Below are positions 59,234 through 64,000 of a stretch of DNA of 64,000 bases, piece after piece (the first letter of the stretch is position 1; every line of letters begins with the position of its first letter). The stretch covers positions 4,579 to 68,578 of the forward strand of contig NZ_JBBMFD010000014.1 in the NCBI RefSeq assembly GCF_040096205.1, written 5' to 3'. The notes under the pieces are model-generated. The model saw only the letters and a program-made list of their open reading frames with translations, made no database searches and was not told where the DNA came from. The DNA comes from Solibaculum intestinale (GTDB taxonomy: Bacteria; Bacillota; Clostridia; Oscillospirales; Acutalibacteraceae). A program made the translations under genes and the position numbers.

Positions 59234-59461
59234 AGGGGTCGCCTTCCTTTCTGTTGAGAGAAATTTTCCGGGCGGCTTTAAGCGCGAAGCGTTCGGGCAA
59301 AGGAAACCGCCTGCGGTTATCTCGAGTTTTACAGGGAAGTTTACGCGGATAACCCGTCCATTCGGCGGCGATACTCATGAATTTTGCAGCCGGATGGATA
59401 TCGGTTTCAGTATACCATGGCAGAGGAAAAAGAACTCTCTTTTTTAGAAGGAAAGCCAGAC

Positions 59462-59508
59462 TTTTGCAAAAAAGCCCGGGTGTCCGGCAAAACCGCCGGA
59501 CACCCGGG
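59462..59508 (-). terminator. Intrinsic terminator for the FAD oxidoreductase gene (CCCGGGTGTCCGGC-N6-GCCGGACACCCGGG, T-run on the minus strand)
   Basis: Perfect 14-bp stem. Plus-strand A6 corresponds to the U-tract in the minus orientation. Confidence 0.7.
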
Positions 59509-59565
59509 TATGGCTTGGATTTCTCTTTTGTGTGCATCCGCTTTTCAGGGAAGGGGGAAGCCCGT

Positions 59566-60858
59566 TTAGCGCCTGGCTTCCTTGCGCTTGCGGCTGCCCG
59601 CGTGGCCGGCCGGCTTGTACCGACACGGCGCGAATAGGGCCAGGTCCTCGGAAGGCTCGCCCTTGTGCAGTTCAAGCAGCAGTTCGGAGGCAATGTTGGC
59701 CCAGAGGATGCCGTTGTCGCCGGGGCACAGGGCGAAATACCAGCCCGGATGCTCCGCTTCTCCGCCGATGATGGGCAGTCCGTCCACGGTGGTGCAGAAG
59801 GCGCCCGCATAGTCGTATTCGGCAGACAGGCCCCGGATCCCGGGGAACATGTCCTTGAGATGGGTTTCCAGCTCGCAATACCGCTTGGAAGCCAGATAGG
59901 GCATGGAAAGAATGCCGCCGATGCGTCCGCCGCCGTCGATGAAGGAGCTGGACAGGCCGCCGATGATGACCCGATTGTCGGCGGTGGTGCGCAGGTAAAG
60001 CTCGGGGCAGTCGTGGTTGCGCAGGATGCTCCGGTCCTCCCAGCCCGCGAACCCTTCCACCGGCTTCGTCGCCATGGCAAAGACGGTGCTCTGGCTGGTA
60101 AGGCCGCCGGTGAACTGGGCTGCGTCGTAGCCGGAAGCGATGACCACCTTGTTGGCGTAGACATAGTGGCGGGTAACCGAGCTTAATACCTGGTCCTGGG
60201 TCTGACGCTTGTCGTCGGTGACGATGTTATAAATGCGGGAATGCTCGTAGATCCGGGCGCCCGCTTGCTTCGCCGCTGCCACCAGCGCGTGGGTCAGACG
60301 ATAGGGGTCCACCTCTGCCGACGCGTTTTTGCTCACGATGCCGCTGGAAATGGGGAAGGAGTACCGGTCCTTCGCCGTCGTCCGGTCGATCAGCTCCACG
60401 TCGAAGCCGGTGTGCCGCCGCTTGAGGTATTCCTCGTGGATAAAGCCGTCGTGCTCGGGGCAGTCGCAGTAATAGAGGCTGTCCCGGCGGGTAAAGCCCG
60501 CGTTGTCGGGCAGCTCGCCAGCCAGGCGCTCCATTTTGTGCACCGCCGCTTCGGCCATTTCATATACCCGTACCGCCTCATCCGAGCCGATTTTTTCCGT
60601 CAGCTCCGTCAGCGTTCCCGCCGCGTCGTATTCCAGTAGCCCCGTGCTTACCGAGGTGCTCCCGTAACCGATGGACGAGCCGGCCAGCAGCACCGTGTCG
60701 ATCCCCGCCTTGGCAAACTGATAGGCGATCATCGCCCCGGTAAGTCCCGCGCCCACCACGGCCACCTCGCAGCTTTCGTCCTTCTCGAGCCATGGGTACT
60801 GTACCGGAACGGCATTTATCGCAGTCCACAAAGGATTTCCATGTACCAAATCCGTCAT
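59566..60858 (-). CDS. FAD-dependent oxidoreductase (DAO family)
   Basis: N-terminal Rossmann GxGxxG (VAVVGAGLTGAMIA) and DAO-like body. Confidence 0.8.
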   Translation of the reverse strand: MTDLVHGNPLWTAINAVPVQYPWLEKDESCEVAVVGAGLTGAMIAYQFAKAGIDTVLLAGSSIGYGSTSVSTGLLEYDAAGTLTELTEKIGSDEAVRVYEMAEAAVHKMERLAGELPDNAGFTRRDSLYYCDCPEHDGFIHEEYLKRRHTGFDVELIDRTTAKDRYSFPISSGIVSKNASAEVDPYRLTHALVAAAKQAGARIYEHSRIYNIVTDDKRQTQDQVLSSVTRHYVYANKVVIASGYDAAQFTGGLTSQSTVFAMATKPVEGFAGWEDRSILRNHDCPELYLRTTADNRVIIGGLSSSFIDGGGRIGGILSMPYLASKRYCELETHLKDMFPGIRGLSAEYDYAGAFCTTVDGLPIIGGEAEHPGWYFALCPGDNGILWANIASELLLELHKGEPSEDLALFAPCRYKPAGHAGSRKRKEARR

Positions 60859-61048
60859 ATTCTCTCCAGCCTTTCAATAATATAGTGTACAACCTTTATT
60901 TTGCTTGTTCGGCGGGGCAATATGCATGGCGGACGGAAAAATCGCGCAAAGAAATTTCCGATTTTCTGCAACGTTTTGCCCTCCGTCCTCGTCTTATGGA
61001 TATGAGAGATGTCTGTATGGACGAAGTTGGTCGATGGGAGGGAGAGCA

Positions 61049-61165
61049 ATGCGCAGCAAAATGTTTTACGGCGTGTCCTGCGCGATCTGTTTGGCGGTGA
61101 TCGTCATCGGCATTTTGCTGGTGGGGTATTGGCTGGGGCCGGTTATGCTCTTCTCTTCCATCTGA
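61049..61165 (+). CDS. Small membrane miniprotein (38 aa)
   Basis: MRSKMFYGVSCAICLAVIVIGILLVGYWLGPVMLFSSI. Strong SD GGGAGGGAG with 5-nt spacer. Directly followed by a terminator. Confidence 0.4.
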   Translation: MRSKMFYGVSCAICLAVIVIGILLVGYWLGPVMLFSSI

Positions 61166-61173
61166 CAACGCGC

Positions 61174-61216
61174 AAAAAAGAGGGCTGGGAACATTATGTT
61201 CCCAGCCCTCTTTTTC
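61174..61216. terminator. Bidirectional terminator (GAGGGCTGGGAAC-ATTATG-TTCCCAGCCCTC flanked by A6/T5)
   Basis: Serves both the miniprotein gene (+) and glnS (-). Confidence 0.75.
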
Positions 61217-61235
61217 TGTCATAACTATACGCGCT

Positions 61236-62897
61236 TTATTTTTTCGTCTTTGCCCAGGAATCCTTGAGTGCCACCGTACGGTTGAATACCAGATGGTTTT
61301 CAGTCGTGTCCGGATCCACGGTAAAATACCCGTTTCGCATGAACTGGAAGGTCTCGCCCGGCTTTGCGCCTTCCAGGGTCTCCTCCAGCTTGCAGCCGGT
61401 GAGAACAACGAGGGAATCGGGGTTTAGATGGTCCTCAAAGCTCTCCACTCCACGTTCGTCCGACGGGTTTTCCGCTGCGAAAAGCCGGTCATAGAGCCGA
61501 ACTTCGGCATCCACCGCTTTTTCGGCGCTGACCCAGTGAATCGTACCCTTGACCTTGCGCCCGTCCGGCGAGTTGCCGCCCCGGGAAGCAGGGTCGTAGG
61601 TTACATGCACCGCTAAGATGTTGCCGTCCTCGTCCTTGTCCGCATGGCTGAACTTCACAAAGTAGGCGCTCTTTAAGCGGACCTCCTTGTCCGGACAGAG
61701 GCGGAAATATCCCTTGGGCGGGTCCTCCGTGAAATCCTCCCGCTCGATGTAAAGCTCCTTCGAGAAGGTGACCGTCCGCGTACCCAGCTCCGGCCGGTCG
61801 GGGTGCAGCTCGATCTCCAGATCCTCGGTTTTCCCGTCGGGGTAGTTGTCCACAATGACTTTGAGCGGACGCAGCACCGCCATGGCCCGGGGCGCCTTTC
61901 TGCTCAATTCGTCGCGCACGCAGAATTCCAGCAGCGCGTAGTCCACCACGCTGGCGGCCTTCGCCACGCCGATGCGCTCGCAGAAGTCCCGGATGGCCTC
62001 TGGGGGATAGCCCCGCCGGCGCATCCCGCTTAAGGTGGACATGCGCGGATCGTCCCAGCCGGACACGATGTGGTCTTTGACGAGCTTTAAGCACTTGCGC
62101 TTGGAGGTGAGCATGTAGTTTAAGTTCAGGCGGGCAAACTCGATCTGCCGGGGCGGCTGCTCGATTCCCACTTCCCGAAGCACCCAGTCATAAAGGGGCC
62201 GGTGGTCCTCAAATTCCAGCGAGCACAGGGAATGGGTGACTTTCTCCGCCGCGTCGGACAGAGGGTGCGCAAAGTCATACATGGGATAGACGCACCACTG
62301 ATCCCCGGTGCGGTGGTGAGTAGCCTTGAGCACCCGATAGATAATCGGGTCGCGCATGTTCAGGTTGGGGGAAGCCATGTCGATCTTCGCCCGCAGCACC
62401 TTCGCCCCGGTTTCAAATTCTCCGGCGGTCATTCGGGCGAACAGGTCCAGGTTCTCCTCCACCGAACGGCTCCGATAAGGACTTTCCTTGCCCGGCTCGG
62501 TCAGAGTCCCCCGGTATTCCCGGATTTCGTCCGCCGTCAGGTCACACACGTAGGCCTTGCCTTTTTCAATGAGCTTGACCGCGCAGGCGTGGATAAACGG
62601 AAAATAGTCCGACGCGTAATACACATGGTCCCACTGATATCCCAGCCACTGAATGTCCTCCATGATGGACTCCACGTATTCCACGTCTTCCTTGGTGGGG
62701 TTCGTGTCGTCGAAGCGCAGATTGCAGATGCCGTTATACTTCTTCGCCGTGCCGAAATTGATGCTGATGGCCTTGGCGTGGCCGATGTGCAGATAACCGT
62801 TGGGTTCGGGCGGAAACCGGGTCTGTACCCGGTTGTATACCCCGGCCTCCAAATCGGCGTTGATGGCCTCATGAATGAAATTTACGCTCGTTTCCAT
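61236..62897 (-). CDS. glnS: Glutaminyl-tRNA synthetase
   Basis: N-terminus [11 protein letters not shown]…[19 protein letters not shown] is diagnostic of GlnRS. Anticodon-binding beta-barrels. Start ATG 62897 after GAGGAGG. Confidence 0.93.
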   Translation of the reverse strand: METSVNFIHEAINADLEAGVYNRVQTRFPPEPNGYLHIGHAKAISINFGTAKKYNGICNLRFDDTNPTKEDVEYVESIMEDIQWLGYQWDHVYYASDYFPFIHACAVKLIEKGKAYVCDLTADEIREYRGTLTEPGKESPYRSRSVEENLDLFARMTAGEFETGAKVLRAKIDMASPNLNMRDPIIYRVLKATHHRTGDQWCVYPMYDFAHPLSDAAEKVTHSLCSLEFEDHRPLYDWVLREVGIEQPPRQIEFARLNLNYMLTSKRKCLKLVKDHIVSGWDDPRMSTLSGMRRRGYPPEAIRDFCERIGVAKAASVVDYALLEFCVRDELSRKAPRAMAVLRPLKVIVDNYPDGKTEDLEIELHPDRPELGTRTVTFSKELYIEREDFTEDPPKGYFRLCPDKEVRLKSAYFVKFSHADKDEDGNILAVHVTYDPASRGGNSPDGRKVKGTIHWVSAEKAVDAEVRLYDRLFAAENPSDERGVESFEDHLNPDSLVVLTGCKLEETLEGAKPGETFQFMRNGYFTVDPDTTENHLVFNRTVALKDSWAKTKK

Positions 62898-62946
62898 GAA
62901 ACGTCCTCCTCGTTTTCCCGTTTTTTCACCCGCAAGCAAACCGCCT

Positions 62947-64000
62947 TTACAGGCATTCCGAAAGCCTTTGGCGCACCTGTTCTTCGCCCAAAAGCTGCAT
63001 AATCGCGTACAAATCGGGGGTATTCCTCCGGCCGGTTACCGCGATACGGAGAATAGAACTCACATCCCCCACATGCCCCTTGTATCCGTCCGGGTTTTTC
63101 TTATATTCCTTGACCTCTCTTGCAAAGCCCAGCGGCTCGCACAAATCCTTGATGGCGGCAAACCATTCGTCCTTGCTGTGAGCGGGATGATAGGCGTCCA
63201 GATAAGCCGATAACACCGCCCTTACGTCCTCTTTGGAAAGGTTCTCCGGCATCGGGCGCTGCCGGTCCCAGAGCTCGTCGTAGAAGTAGCTCACGTAATC
63301 GCGCACGTCGCTCCACTTGCCGATGTCCTTGCGCGGCTTGACCGGCGTGCGGTCAATGTCGAAAATCGCGGTGGCGAACGCTTCGTCCCTGTCGAGCAGC
63401 TTAGAAAGCGGCGGATCGTATTCCCTGGCCCACTCGGCCGCCAGCGCAAAAACTTCCTTGGCCGACATGACCGAAATCACGTTCTTGCTCACGTCGTTGA
63501 GCTTCTTCAGGTCAAAGAGCGCGCCCGACCGGCTCATAGCCGAAAGCTTAAAAGGAAACGTCCGGTTGTCTGCCTTGGGATTTGCCTTGCGCCAGTCTTC
63601 AAAATTGGAGTTGGCAATGGTCAGCAGGTATTCGATGACGCTTGCCGCCGGGTATCCCTCCTGCCGGTAGTATTCCACCGACGCCTCCGGGTCCTTGCGT
63701 TTGCTCAGCTTGCGCTTGCCCCCGTCCTCTTCCTTCATGATGGGGGACACGTGGGCATAGACAGGCGGCTTAAAGCCCAGCACATAGAAAAGCTGCAGAT
63801 GCACCGGCGCCGAGGAAATCCACTCGTCCCCACGGATGACGTGGGTGGTGCCCATCAGCGTGTCGTCCACCGCGTGGGCAAAGTGGTAGGTAGGGATGCC
63901 GTCGCGCTTTAGCAGCACAATGTCCTGCTCGTTTTCCGGCATTTCGATCTTGCCCTTGACCGCGTCTTTAAAGGAACATTTGTGGTTGGGGCGGCCCGGG
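62947..64000 (-). CDS. gltX: Glutamyl-tRNA synthetase (C-terminal part; 5' end beyond window)
   Basis: [14 protein letters not shown]…KLSKRK (KMSKS) and C-terminal anticodon-binding domain. The frame stays open to the window edge. Confidence 0.9.
   Translation of the reverse strand, partial: PGRPNHKCSFKDAVKGKIEMPENEQDIVLLKRDGIPTYHFAHAVDDTLMGTTHVIRGDEWISSAPVHLQLFYVLGFKPPVYAHVSPIMKEEDGGKRKLSKRKDPEASVEYYRQEGYPAASVIEYLLTIANSNFEDWRKANPKADNRTFPFKLSAMSRSGALFDLKKLNDVSKNVISVMSAKEVFALAAEWAREYDPPLSKLLDRDEAFATAIFDIDRTPVKPRKDIGKWSDVRDYVSYFYDELWDRQRPMPENLSKEDVRAVLSAYLDAYHPAHSKDEWFAAIKDLCEPLGFAREVKEYKKNPDGYKGHVGDVSSILRIAVTGRRNTPDLYAIMQLLGEEQVRQRLSECL

Overview
High-GC Firmicutes (Clostridia-like) chromosomal window, dense on both strands and mostly housekeeping or accessory-metabolic. 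Order of features: kdpB (5' truncated)-kdpC-kdpD without an adjacent kdpE; then a sigma-A promoter and a textbook cobalamin riboswitch driving a five-gene operon. That operon encodes a sortase-anchored alpha/alpha-toroid surface protein, a DUF4430 lipoprotein, EcfT, a fused EcfA-A' ATPase and an ECF S component. It reads as a split, transcobalamin-like B12 capture-and-uptake system and is the most interesting region in the window. Downstream: metG; tatD with its TatD-associated radical-SAM partner; lexA with a Cheo-like box over its -35; glnA; a PadR-DUF1700-DUF4097 operon; degV; a yesMNOPQR-like rhamnogalacturonan locus (LytS/YesM kinase, short AraC-type YesN regulator, sugar ABC importer, GH105) plus kdgK; a DUF975-like membrane protein; nfeD-flotillin; an XRE-HTH/TPR regulator; an ECF sigma / ZAS anti-sigma / TM2 / DUF4097-LiaF-like operon; a stand-alone EF-G paralogue with a degenerate G4 motif; acyl-ACP thioesterase; clpE; pgsA; cvpA; the CIRCE-controlled hrcA-grpE-dnaK-dnaJ operon; a GT39-like membrane protein, a small Cys-rich ORF, GH51 arabinofuranosidase and GH35 beta-galactosidase; a DUF2461/DUF218 pair; a DUF4026-like hypothetical; a FAD oxidoreductase; a 38-aa membrane miniprotein; and glnS with gltX (3' part; 5' end runs off the window). 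No CRISPR array, rRNA/tRNA or obvious mobile element was seen. Many of the long track ORFs are antisense artefacts of the high GC content. All coordinates were counted by hand and may be off by a few bases.
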